Below, in pieces: positions 25,969 to 36,884 of a stretch of 64,000 nucleotides of DNA (position 1 is its first letter; each line of letters starts with the position of its first letter). The DNA lies in assembly GCF_964204645.1 (NCBI RefSeq), contig NC_134026.1, positions 13,142,050-13,206,049 of the forward strand, written 5' to 3'. Source of the DNA: Tubulanus polymorphus (lineage: Eukaryota; Animalia; Nemertea). The position numbers were made by a program, and so were the translations under genes. The notes beneath the pieces are model-generated. The model saw nothing but the letters and a program-made list of their open reading frames with translations. It ran no database searches and was not told the DNA's origin.

Positions 25969-28371
25969 ATGCTACCCACGGATCGAAATATCGTATTAAA
26001 ATTCTTCTTCTTCACGTTCCCGTACCTCGTCGCTAGCTTCCGAAATTATGAGAAATGCTATATCAAATCCAGGACTGCTAAAAGTAAAGTCAAGTTCCTT
26101 CAGGAGTGTTATGCCGAAAAAGTGGTTCCGCGATCACTTTCTTGGATTTGGAAATACGACTCCAGCTCTGCGTTTCCACCCGAAGCTAACAAGCAACTCA
26201 AATTCGCTATAGATCGTGCTAAGGAAGACTGTAACTATCAGTTCTATAAATTCCGTCAATCTCAAAATTATTTGAAGTCACACGTACCGGACCTATTCCT
26301 CTGGAAATCGCTCTCCACTATTGTTCAAGGCTCTGGAAAATATCATCAGCACAGAAAGTCCGTGGATCTTACCAACCAACTGAATAAACTCATTGATTCC
26401 AGCCCTTGGACTAGATTTAGCAACACCGAAAACATAGTAAATTTGTCTTCAACCACGTTATCTTCTACTCAGTGTCAACTTCTCGGCTACGGTTTGAATT
26501 TTTCTCTTCCTCATCAAGATAAACATGTTTTAGACTTTGTCACCCAATTGGAATATCGCAAATCATCTCCGAACAGTTTGGACTATAACTTTATATTCAT
26601 GAATCTACAGGCTATATGCGATCAACTCAACAGGAACCTTTTTGAATATCTACCTCGTCGATTTCGGCTCGCCCTCCAAGAACTACGGAAGTTAAAGACT
26701 ATTAAAATATCTAAGGCTGATAAAGGTGGCAAGATTGTGATTTTAGATCTGGATAATTATAATGTTAAAATGCAATCTCTCTTGGATAATCCTGGTGTTT
26801 ATAAGAAACTTAAATCGAATCCTCTTCCTCGTATGCAAGCTAATTTCAACAGAAGTCTTTCGGATATTATTAAACGTTTCCCCTCCGCTAAAGAAACTCT
26901 GAATAAGTTCCATTCACGTCTTCCCTCTTTACCATATATCTATGGATTGCCTAAAATTCATAAAGATAATGTTCCACTGCGCCCTATAGTCTCCAATTGT
27001 AATTCTCCTACATACCGGTTATCTAAATTTCTCGCGAAACAGTTATCTCCGGTGCTCGGTTCGTTCTCTCCGTCGCACCTTCGCCATAATCAACACTTAC
27101 TTGAACGTATTAAGAATATTATCCCTGGCAACGACAAATTTATATCATTTGATGTTACTTCCCTTTTTACCAATGTTCCTCTTGGACCTACTCTTGATTT
27201 CTTAAAACGCAGATTACCATCACTTAACATTAACTTCGGCATTCCTACGGATTGTATCATCGACCTTATCTCTATTTGTACGACGGACTCCTTTTTTGAA
27301 TTCAACAATTGTTTTTACGAGCAGACATTCGGTATCGCTATGGGAAATCCTCTAAGTCCTATTCTAGCTAATTTATTCCTAGAACATGTTGAATCTGAAA
27401 TATTGCCTCTTTACACTGATATTCACCCTAAAATCTGGCTCAGATATGTTGACGATGTTCTGGCTTTGGTTCCCTTTGACTTCAATGTTGATAACTTTCT
27501 TATATATTTAAACTCCCTTTACCCGTCTCTGGCTTTTACGTATGAATGGGAATCTAATAGTAAAATACCTTTTCTGGATGTTTTGATTTTTAACTGTGGA
27601 TCCTTTTTGAAATTCGCGGTTTATAGGAAACCTACCAACGCTGAATCCTACCTCCATTACTTCTCTTTTACTTCTCCGGATATTAAACTCGGTTTAGCTC
27701 AAGGATTATTTCTTCGCGCTTTGAGAATTTGCGACCCCTCATTTCTACCCGATGAAATTCACCATATTAACCAATCTCTCAAAAAACTTGCCTACCCCGA
27801 TTTCCTATTGAAAAAAGCTCTACTTAAAGCTCGTACTACGCATTTTAGAAATAACAACCTTAGAACTCCTACGTTGGCTACCGATAAACAGCCTATCATT
27901 GTACCGTATGTACCTTTCCTCGAGAATTCTAAAGTTTCTCTTCGGTCACTAAATAAACAACTCATCTTTAAATACAATAATAAACTTAGTAACATATTGA
28001 TTAACAACAAACCGAAAACCGAATCCCTAAACTGTGGAATTTATAAAATACCTTGTAAAGTTTGCGACAAAGTATATATAGGAGAAACAGGTCGGAATCT
28101 TAATCAACGCATAAAAGAGCATAAATTAGATGTAAAAAACTTTAAACCTGAAAGCGGAGTTGCTAGTCATGTTTTTCAGACTTCACACAATTTTGATTTT
28201 GCTAATGCTGAATTAGTTTACCCTTGCAGCGATAAAACTAGAAGACATATTTTGGAATCTGCATTAATTATTGAAAATTCGAACAACGTTGTAAACCTTA
28301 ACAATGGTTTTTCACCCCATAATAAACTTATATCAAAATTCCTCTGTAAACTGGTTAAACTCAACACTTGA
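25969..28371 (+). CDS. Penelope-like reverse transcriptase / GIY-YIG endonuclease polyprotein (~800 aa)
   Basis: KADKG, YGLPKIHK..PLRPIV, SFDVTSLFTNVP, G.AMGNPLSPILANLF, WLRYVDD, FLDV, VYRKPT, GIYKIPC..C...YIGETGR, ILES..I and N.NNG motifs. First ATG at 25969. Confidence 0.97.
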   Translation: MLPTDRNIVLKFFFFTFPYLVASFRNYEKCYIKSRTAKSKVKFLQECYAEKVVPRSLSWIWKYDSSSAFPPEANKQLKFAIDRAKEDCNYQFYKFRQSQNYLKSHVPDLFLWKSLSTIVQGSGKYHQHRKSVDLTNQLNKLIDSSPWTRFSNTENIVNLSSTTLSSTQCQLLGYGLNFSLPHQDKHVLDFVTQLEYRKSSPNSLDYNFIFMNLQAICDQLNRNLFEYLPRRFRLALQELRKLKTIKISKADKGGKIVILDLDNYNVKMQSLLDNPGVYKKLKSNPLPRMQANFNRSLSDIIKRFPSAKETLNKFHSRLPSLPYIYGLPKIHKDNVPLRPIVSNCNSPTYRLSKFLAKQLSPVLGSFSPSHLRHNQHLLERIKNIIPGNDKFISFDVTSLFTNVPLGPTLDFLKRRLPSLNINFGIPTDCIIDLISICTTDSFFEFNNCFYEQTFGIAMGNPLSPILANLFLEHVESEILPLYTDIHPKIWLRYVDDVLALVPFDFNVDNFLIYLNSLYPSLAFTYEWESNSKIPFLDVLIFNCGSFLKFAVYRKPTNAESYLHYFSFTSPDIKLGLAQGLFLRALRICDPSFLPDEIHHINQSLKKLAYPDFLLKKALLKARTTHFRNNNLRTPTLATDKQPIIVPYVPFLENSKVSLRSLNKQLIFKYNNKLSNILINNKPKTESLNCGIYKIPCKVCDKVYIGETGRNLNQRIKEHKLDVKNFKPESGVASHVFQTSHNFDFANAELVYPCSDKTRRHILESALIIENSNNVVNLNNGFSPHNKLISKFLCKLVKLNT

Positions 28372-28680
28372 TTTCCCCTTTGATTATTTGTTATTTGTTC
28401 TCTCATCAATTTCGTCTCTGACTTAACTTGTATTCACCTTTGTTTTAATTTAAGTGCCCCCTAGTTTGTCTTTCTTTTTACTACTGACTTTAAGTTTCAT
28501 TTATATTTATACTCACTATTGTTGTTTATAATCACCCCTTAGTTTGCTTCCCTTTAATCTATTTTAGCGTGTAACTGTTTCTACGTTAATTTTCCTTTAG
28601 TTTGTATCATCTCTGATTACTTGAATTAGTCTCTTTGTCCCTGGATTGTATATATATCTCATAATTTCTGTAGTATCTCA

Positions 28681-28726
28681 TTATTCCTGAAGATGACTAT
28701 TAGGATATAGTCGAAACGTTGAATAA
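28681..28726 (+). ncRNA. Minimal type I hammerhead ribozyme in the 3' pLTR
   Basis: Identical to 25824-25869. Confidence 0.88.
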
Positions 28727-29172
28727 ACTACTATCTCGAAGTTTCATTTTCGGACTTTTTATTATCATTGTGGGATTCTCTCCTCATCGCGTCAACACGG
28801 ATATTGTGTTTTACCTATCGTAAGTAGCGAAAGCTTGTGTGTCAAATAAAATAGTCAACCTTTAAAGTACTACTTGTCTTGTTGTATTCATTCTACCACA
28901 GGCATTTGAATATGGGCTTTGATAATGGATAAATAATTAATAATGCACCAGCGATATGTTATTCCTACTTCAATAATCCACCATGCTTCATAATGAATTT
29001 ACCCATGATGCAACGCGCCCCCATACAGCTGTCCCGATATTTGTTGGCAGATTTAAGCATTACGAAGATAGGAGTGTTTCCTGCCTTTCTGTATGGTATA
29101 GACGATCATGAGTAAAACAGATGCATCATGGATAATTGAGATGGCGACCCTGGTGGTTTATGTCGTAGATAA

Positions 29173-29576
29173 GGCCAAACAAAAAATGTATTCTGGTTCT
29201 GGTAAGCGCGCGCGTCGATCTAACCCCCGCGTCAAAATTTTTTCTGAAACAAAAATCGGCTCCGAAATTCACACACCGCGCGCTAGCCCCAACTAGTCAC
29301 CGATGGCGTCAAACGCGGAAGTAAAATGCGAAAGTTTAGTCCATCTATAAATTCATTGCTATTGTCTGATTGTGAATGAAAACCAAAAGCATGTTGATAT
29401 CGATATCAATTTTGAAAGGGCCGGCTACATCCGTTCGGACGTGTTCCTGTCGACTAATCCATCACACTCGATATTCAAATGTAGGAATATTTTTTTTAAA
29501 AAAGAAAAAAAACCGCATCACCGCATCATTTTGTGCAGAAGGGCCTGACCAGAAACAGACTATTTTTTTTTTGGCC
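29173..29576. mobile_element. PIF/Harbinger-type MITE
   Basis: GGCCAAACAAAAAAT / ATTTTTTTTTTGGCC termini, with TAA on both sides. Confidence 0.7.
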
Positions 29577-29767
29577 TAATGGTAAATTTCATCACTTTTA
29601 ACTCAACAACGAGGTCAAAGCCCATATTCGATTTTACACCAGGTTAACACAGCTGCTCCTCTACGAAGCCTGCTAGATGACATCAAGCCACTAAAAACAA
29701 TCATTTCCGATTCATTATAACAGCTAGATGAAATGGTTGCATAATTGTATAAAAAGTTAGGGCCTAC

Positions 29768-29934
29768 CGGAAAGTCATCAGTTTTCTGCATGAGTGCATT
29801 CCTATCTTGAGACAAACCAGGAGCAAGGTGAGGGAATGGATATAAAAAGTCCCTCGCATTCACCTCATATGTGGCTAAAACTGTACCAGTCGCTGGGAGG
29901 TCTACCTGAATCAACTCAAAATAGACAGGGTCCC
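29768..29934 (-). CDS. SPATA6: SPATA6-family gene, coding exon (GDPVYFELIQVDLPATGTVLATYEVNARDFLYPFPHLAPGLSQDRNALMQKTDDFP)
   Basis: Acceptor ttctctctctgaattttag, donor gtaggc, 167 nt, phase 1/0. Joins both neighbouring exons in frame. FELIQ...L.TY..N.RDF matches SPATA6. Confidence 0.9.
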
Positions 29935-31956
29935 CTAAAATTCAGAGAGAGAAACAATATAAAATTTACAAGAATTAATTACCAGGAAACATTTAACATC
30001 ATGTTTCACTAAGATTTTGCAAGGTGAGGGTATCTGTAAAAGATTTTAACAAGCGTGACCTGTACAGCAGCCCTCGAGGTCGAATTAATTTGGAAAACGG
30101 CTCAGGCAGGATTCGAAAAAATTCAATAGTAAATATAGTGGAAGAACAGCAAAAATAGAGTGAAAATATTGTATCATTTTAGAATGATGCCAAGTGAAAA
30201 TCAGAGCAATTCAGTATGATTGGAGGCATAATGCTACTAGCCAAACCGATTTTGTGTCCTCTCCACTGTCTCTCATCATGCCATCCAATGTGGAGTATGA
30301 CTGTATTGAGTAGGTTCCACACAAGTGAATACCAGTGCAGCTTATGGTTATGGTCCTGCACATGGTTGAGATGCACAGGTATCGGGTGTGGTCACCTTGG
30401 CCTAGCAAAGCCTCTCACAATAAAGTCACACAACCACATGAAAAGAAACAAAATGTAAGATGCTAAATACAAGACATATGATATGCCTGTAAAAGCAAGT
30501 AAGTGTTACATCAGAAGCAGATTTGGAACTGTTTTTTGAGATTTGTGCCCGCCCAAAAAAGAATATAGTAAATATAGTACAAATTTGCAACAAGAGCCCC
30601 AAGGGGCACTATGGCCAGCCTGTCAGCTTTTCATAAAATGGCAAATGATGCATTGTGGGTAAACTTTGTCCAAATACACTCCCAGCACATACAAGTCAAT
30701 CCCAGGCAAATAATTTACACAATTCAATCGTGTTTTGCACAGACAGCGACTGGAGCTGGCAGGAACAAATACCTCAGATAAATCTTTTCCCTTTGGTCTT
30801 AATGATTTGAATGCTGAATACAATTGAATTTTCTGAAATTTGCTCAATTAAACAAAATTGAATTGGTTTTGCTGTTTTTCCTTGTTCAATAAAGTAAAAT
30901 TGAATTGGATATATTTTTTGCAGAATAAAATTTGATTGAATTTGCAGTTTGAGCACATGGCTAATTAGCATATCAAGGTCATCCATCCGATTTGAGAAAA
31001 AGCTACTTTTCCCGGCTTTTGCACATTTGTCAATGATATTTTCTGTAGTTCAAATAAAAATATTCCTCCCAAAAACCAAATCAACTAAAGATTTCAAAGA
31101 AATCGATATTGAAATACAATTTTACATCTTAAAATGAAGCCCGGGAGTAAAACGGTATACGATACCGCGGGTTCACGTGAGCACCTGCTGATCTCTGAGG
31201 CTAAGCCAATCATAGAGGAGTCTTTGCTTTCTGATTGGCTTTTTAAAACAGATGTTTTGGCCATCAGATTTTCACAAAAAAGCTCATATAAATTCTAACG
31301 AAGCCCTATTCCAAAATTCAGCTTCATAGGGGTTGGAGAATGGATAATGCTTTAATGAATGATTTGTATGAATATATGCTCAGTTGCAGTCAAAGAGCCT
31401 TTACTCTGGAAACCAGTCTCAAATTTGCTCCATTTGTATAGTAATAGGCCAACGGCTTGCCTAAAAATATAGAAAATATAGTGATATAGTAAAATTAGTG
31501 ATGGGTCGAAGAAAATGTAGTATATATAGTAAATATAGTGTCGCTGTGAGGCCTGAAGGGCTATATAAATTCAAGGCCTTTAGCCCATAATATCTAAATA
31601 ACGAATTTTGTAATTTTGTCATTGGATAATAATTGTAAAACAAGTAGCGATTTAAAGGTTTTACAAGCAGTACAGCACCTCCTAGAGGTCAAATTAGGAA
31701 AATGGCCCCATAAACTAAATTTAATCAAGATCAGATTATAATTTTAGGACAATTTAAGCAATTTAACGATTTTAAAAGCGCCACCTGTACAGGGCCCCTA
31801 GAGATTGAATGAGGAGAACGGCTTAATAACTTTCTAGCTCTTGGCCCATAGTATCTACCAAGTTTCGTCAAGATTGGATAATGATTGTAGGACTAGTAGC
31901 AATTTACAGATTTTACAACCCTTACAAAAAATTCATATATGTTATGCGAGTGAATA

Positions 31957-32245
31957 ACACACATTACATGTGTGAAAGGTGTGAAAGACACAAAAAACAC
32001 ATGTGATTCCTGCCATCACACGTGTGATCTGTGTGAGCCTATGACATGTGTGAATAACACATGATCACACGTGTGATGTGAAATACATGTGTGATTGAGA
32101 AATACATGTTTGATTCACACATGTGATTGGCTCAACAACACAGAAGACATGTGTAACCGCTGGGATCAAACATGTCATAGAATAACACATGTGATTAACA
32201 TCAGTTATTCCAATCTGCAACACGTGTGATTGTACATGTGATCAC
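31957..32245. repeat. Dense array of palindromic CACATGTG / CACACGTGTG motifs (likely subterminal repeats of a DNA transposon)
   Basis: More than ten ACATGTG/ACACGTGTG cores in ~290 bp. Confidence 0.6.
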
Positions 32246-34053
32246 TTCGGATATGAACCATTCCAATGTTGATTCCAAATTCTGAACATCTGCATTTTTG
32301 TCAGTCCATTTTGGAATAAAAATATTTCCATAACTGTACTCATTATTTCAACATTTTCAACACGTACGTTTAGATTTTATGCTGCGCCTACTGTGCAAAA
32401 AACCTAGTACGTCCATTCCTAGTTTGTATTTTCATTAGGCTAAATTAATAAAATAAGGTTATTATATATTTTCGCATTTGCTGTTGAGTTTTTTAAAAAA
32501 TATATTCATTCAAAACAGACTTCGAAAAATTATCAGGTATTTACGGGATTCAAACCATTCACGACAGCTAGCAAAGGACAGGGAATGAGAATGCAGGCAT
32601 GCACGGCGCCATTTGCAATTATTTCAAGGATGTTTTTGCTGTTTTTAGTCAATTTTCATGTTTAATTTCTTAGTTCGAACAGTCCAGTGTTTGAATTCAA
32701 GCTCCAAGGCAAGTATAATTGTGTTTCATCAAATATTTATAGTCGACAATGATGATTGAATTTACTGTAATCGGTAAAATCTGTGGCGTGTGCTGAATCA
32801 ATTAAATCAAATTCATTCAAACTTTATTTGATGCATGGCAAAGTACAACATGCCCATGCCTAGCTTTTTCAAGTAGGCCTAGATTACACCATGAACTCTT
32901 ATCAAATCACAATCCGTCCAGTCATGAAAAAGATCCATGTTTGCATACTACACTAATGATTGAGTTCAGATGATGGGAGAAAATTGACTTTTTACGGACA
33001 ATTACATCGAAAATAATGACAGAAAATATCAAGAAAAAATGTCTTTTCTCAAATTATGAATGGAAATGCATACCTAACTTCGGCATGAAGTTTTTGGCAG
33101 ATTTTCAGAAAATCTGAGCGCCGAGTAATCAAAACAGCCTTAGATATCCCCTTGATTGAATTCAGAAGTTTTCATGAAAATCTGTCTATTGATATGATCT
33201 CCATCACACACAAATACATGATGATTCATCATGAAAATACATGGTAGTGGGTTTTCCCCCAATGACTCAAATAGACACTCTCCACGTTCCTGGTATGACG
33301 ATTTCTATGCACTGTGTACGACGTTTATTAAACAATTTATTTTTGTAATTTGAACAATTTCCAAGCTTCACTCCCCTCTTTCCCAATTTTACTGCCCTTC
33401 TATAAACTTCACTGCTTTTCACAGCCGGCTGCGACGAACCTAGGGCCACCTTCAGTTATCGACTTTAGTCGAACTAAACGAAACCGAATGTCCGTTAGTC
33501 GGAACAATATTCCGGAAATAGTTCGAAAATCAAGGGCATTCGGTTATCAGTATCGACAACTAGTCAACTAGCTACAAAAACTGAATTTGGCCCTGGTAGT
33601 TAAATCATTTGCAGTTTCCAAGAAAACTTTAACTAGGCCACACGCGAGGTGTGCTTTTCATATACATGCACAGATCAAGACACCACACTGCAGCGAGTAT
33701 ATGTGTCACGCACGTGTGTTGATCACGAATATACGTAAAAGGGAATGTGTTCTACCGAAACAAATGTAATTCCAACAACAAATAAATAACTAAATCGATA
33801 AATAAGCAACGGGTTCTGATGAAATTGAATAGGGTTAGAGCTTTTATCACTGCAATGAATGTTTTAAAAGTTCCGAAGAAAAAATAAGCCTCGTTTGGGT
33901 GTCATTTTGTACCAAAGGAAGAAAGTTTCATATGCGATAACAAAATGGACTTCGCTAAAGCAAAAGTCGATAAAAAATGATAACATGATTTGCACTTGCT
34001 AGCCATATAACTTTCTGTTATATTAGAGATCTATTTATCAATAAAGTTATTAA

Positions 34054-34647
34054 CCTCTTCGCTACCATGCGTGATGTATATTTACGTCGCAAATATATTC
34101 ATTTACTACAATTGCTGGTGTGGTGAGTCACTACGCCGCTGGTGTATAGATGTACCAAATGATCGTCTGCTTCAATTTAATTACACTATTTACTCATAGA
34201 TGGCGAATCAGTGCCTCAAATACTGAACTCAATCAAATTGAATTCATGCTTGAGTGACAACATGCACCACTTCGCGCGCGAAACAAGAAGGCACGTGCAT
34301 ATTTTTTAGCTGTTTCTTTTATAGAATGTCATCCTGGTCCAAATTTAGTAGACAGTCAATCCCTACTGGAAATGGATCATTACAAGTTATTCGATCAAAA
34401 TCCATTGATCGATCCACAAATCGATCAAAAAATCGATCAATAATTATTGGTGATCAATTTCTGATTTAATCGATTTGATTCTAAACAATACCATCTGATA
34501 GCTGAGGACCTTAGCTTCACAAATATATATGGTTTGTAGGGGTGATTATTAGTATTTTCTGAGATCTAAATACAAACACGAAAATATGTCTAAATATGGG
34601 AAAATGCTCTGGTGAGGGGCGTTACATTACCTATGGTAGCGAAGAGG
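34054..34647. mobile_element. Non-autonomous piggyBac MITE
   Basis: TIR CCTCTTCGCTACCAT / ATGGTAGCGAAGAGG with TTAA on both sides. A 27-bp duplication of the right junction follows. Confidence 0.92.
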
Positions 34648-35276
34648 TTAATGAAAGCCATTTAAGCGAAGAGGTTAATGAAAGCCATTTACCAGGCTAT
34701 ATGTATTGCTTCCTTAGATTAAAGAATAACTCATGAATTAATGAATTAGTTCTTTTTAATGCAGCCTCTTTCAACAATAACCTTACATGTGAACTGAAAT
34801 CATTAGTACTCATTGGCCTATTCATATGTATTGTTTCATTAGATTAAAGAATAACTCATTAATCAATGAATTAGTTCCCTTTAATCTAGACTCATTTATC
34901 AATAACCCAGAATGATTGAGAACTGATACTATTAGTTCTAGCTAGCTTTTCAAATTCTGCATCTATCGTTGTCCTCAGATACATTTTTGGTAACAAGAAA
35001 ATTGTGAAGAAAATTTAGCCATATGATCAGCATTTTAAGATAATGATGCTAAACCCAAGGTTCCAGGCTTCCACATATACTGTACCTCCCAATGTCCCAG
35101 TTCGGAAGACTAATTGTCAAAAGACTAATTGGACGGGTACTAAATGTACAAAGACTAAATGTCGGAAGACTAAATGTACCAAATTCGGCTATAGTCGGTG
35201 TACAAGTCAAGTTCAGTCCATTCTTCTCATGTTAACATAAGTCACTTTTGAAAACAGTGCTATGGTAATTCTCTTA

Positions 35277-35614
35277 AGCCGCGATCACACAAGCATTTTT
35301 GGCCTGGGCCAAATTTGGCCCGGAGCAACTGTTCACATGGGTGCCAAATGGGCCCGAGCCTGTTTGGCCCAAAATTGGCCTGACCAAAAACGTCGGACCA
35401 GGCCCTAGCCAAATTTTAGCACCAGAAAAATGATTGCGTTTGAATTGCAACTGACACCGGAAATGATCCACTTTGCTTTGTTTGAGCATTGTTTAGTATC
35501 GAGTGAATGGTTTCTGTGTGAACGCGCTCTCTAATTACGCACGGGCCAAATTTGGCCCGAACCTGAACCGTGTCAATTTGGCCCGGGCCAAATCGTGTCC
35601 GTGTGATCGCGGCT
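35277..35614. mobile_element. Harbinger-like MITE with GGGCCAAATTTGGCCC repeats
   Basis: TIR AGCCGCGATCACAC / GTGTGATCGCGGCT; TSD imperfect. Confidence 0.75.
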
Positions 35615-36558
35615 ATTGTAGTTGAGAGTCTTTACCACTGTTGGTAATTAATCATTAGAATCTGTTGTTTCTGATAGTGAATTACCGGATTAGTGCTCAT
35701 TGATTGTATCCACGTGTTGAATGTAATGTGTATATGTTGAATGCCCAATACATACGATCCGGACAAAACGTTTATAGTGACAATCTCAAGCGTTTATCTT
35801 TAAGCAAGTAGCGTGATGAAGCTTAATATGTATGCTTGTGTGAAGAAAATCTAACCGACATTTTCGTTAAATTTCTAAAATTTAACCTCTTCGAATCGGA
35901 GCTTTTATCTAATATGAAATGAATAAATGTGGTTAAACTCAGGTACTGCCATGAAGCACTTGGTAATTTGCTTCTCTGTAATGTAATTCGTTTATTTCCC
36001 GTCGCAGTTGTTTTTATGTTATACCATGTCAAACATGCATTATCAATTCGTGACAAAACGTAGTGACATCTTTAAATGACTACCGTTAAACGGACATTCA
36101 CCTCCAGCCATAAGTGGTCCTATTTTCCCCAAATCCTGAAAAATTCTTTGAGGAATTGTGAATATAAATTGATTATTTGAACATTAGAGTGTTCTTATTT
36201 TAGGTTATTTCAATGTAACGATTTGTTTCAATAATAAAATGCGTGGCTGATGGCTGATAGCGCATGGGCCATATCTACCTTCCCTACAAAGCATAGTGTA
36301 ACCACCCAGACAGATCCTTACCACCCTATTTTCCATAATGGTATAGTTCACACGTTAGCCACTGAAACTGTGTTCTGTGTGTGTGTGATGCTTCAATGAA
36401 TGAATGAAGTTCATATGACAGGCACTACTATTAAGTGGTAGTTTTGATTACGGCAAAGACCACTTGATAACATAACAATGCACTTAAAATTACTCCAAAA
36501 ATCCTCAGTACATCCCCCTTCACAATTTTGGGAACACGACTTTGAGAAGTACAACAGG

Positions 36559-36634
36559 CTATGGTAGTCATAGCTAAGATCATGGATAGAGGGTCATTTG
36601 CCTCTATCGATGATCCTAGCTATGACTACCATAG
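36559..36634. repeat. 76-bp hairpin (34-bp arms, 2 mismatches, 8-nt loop)
   Basis: CTATGGTAGTCATAGCTAAGATCATGGATAGAGG-gtcatttg-CCTCTATCGATGATCCTAGCTATGACTACCATAG. Confidence 0.9.
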
Positions 36635-36697
36635 TATCAGTCTAAAGGTAGCAATCATAGCTGATTACATATCAAAATAACCAACTAAGCAACTTAC

Positions 36698-36884
36698 CTG
36701 CAATTTTATCCATCACATCAGCTGGATCTATTGCTGTCCAAAATACCTTTTCAAATTTCATGTCAGTGTAGAATGGCATGGGAAAGGTGGAGTCTTCTAG
36801 TGGGGTACGTTTATGTTGTCCAAAGATGCACACCCTTAAGTAACATTCATCCTTGTTTGCAAGCCACGTCCCAGGACAAGATAC
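36698..36884 (-). CDS. SPATA6: SPATA6-family gene, coding exon (VSCPGTWLANKDECYLRVCIFGQHKRTPLEDSTFPMPFYTDMKFEKVFWTAIDPADVMDKIA)
   Basis: Acceptor ttacag, donor gtaagt, 187 nt. Matches the SPATA6 N-terminal domain VTCPG..L..K..YL..C.FGQ.K.T....FP..F...M.FEKVF..A.DP. This frame is not in the ORF track. Confidence 0.92.

Larger units (their letters stand above)
24534..28820 (+). mobile_element. Full-length Penelope-like retroelement with an inverted 5' tail, pLTRs and a 13-bp TSD
   Basis: TSD TAAGTAGCGAAAG at 24521-24533 and 28821-28833. 24533-25350 is the reverse complement of 27968-28785. Direct pLTRs at 25656-25964 and 28513-28821. Intact ORF. Confidence 0.95.
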
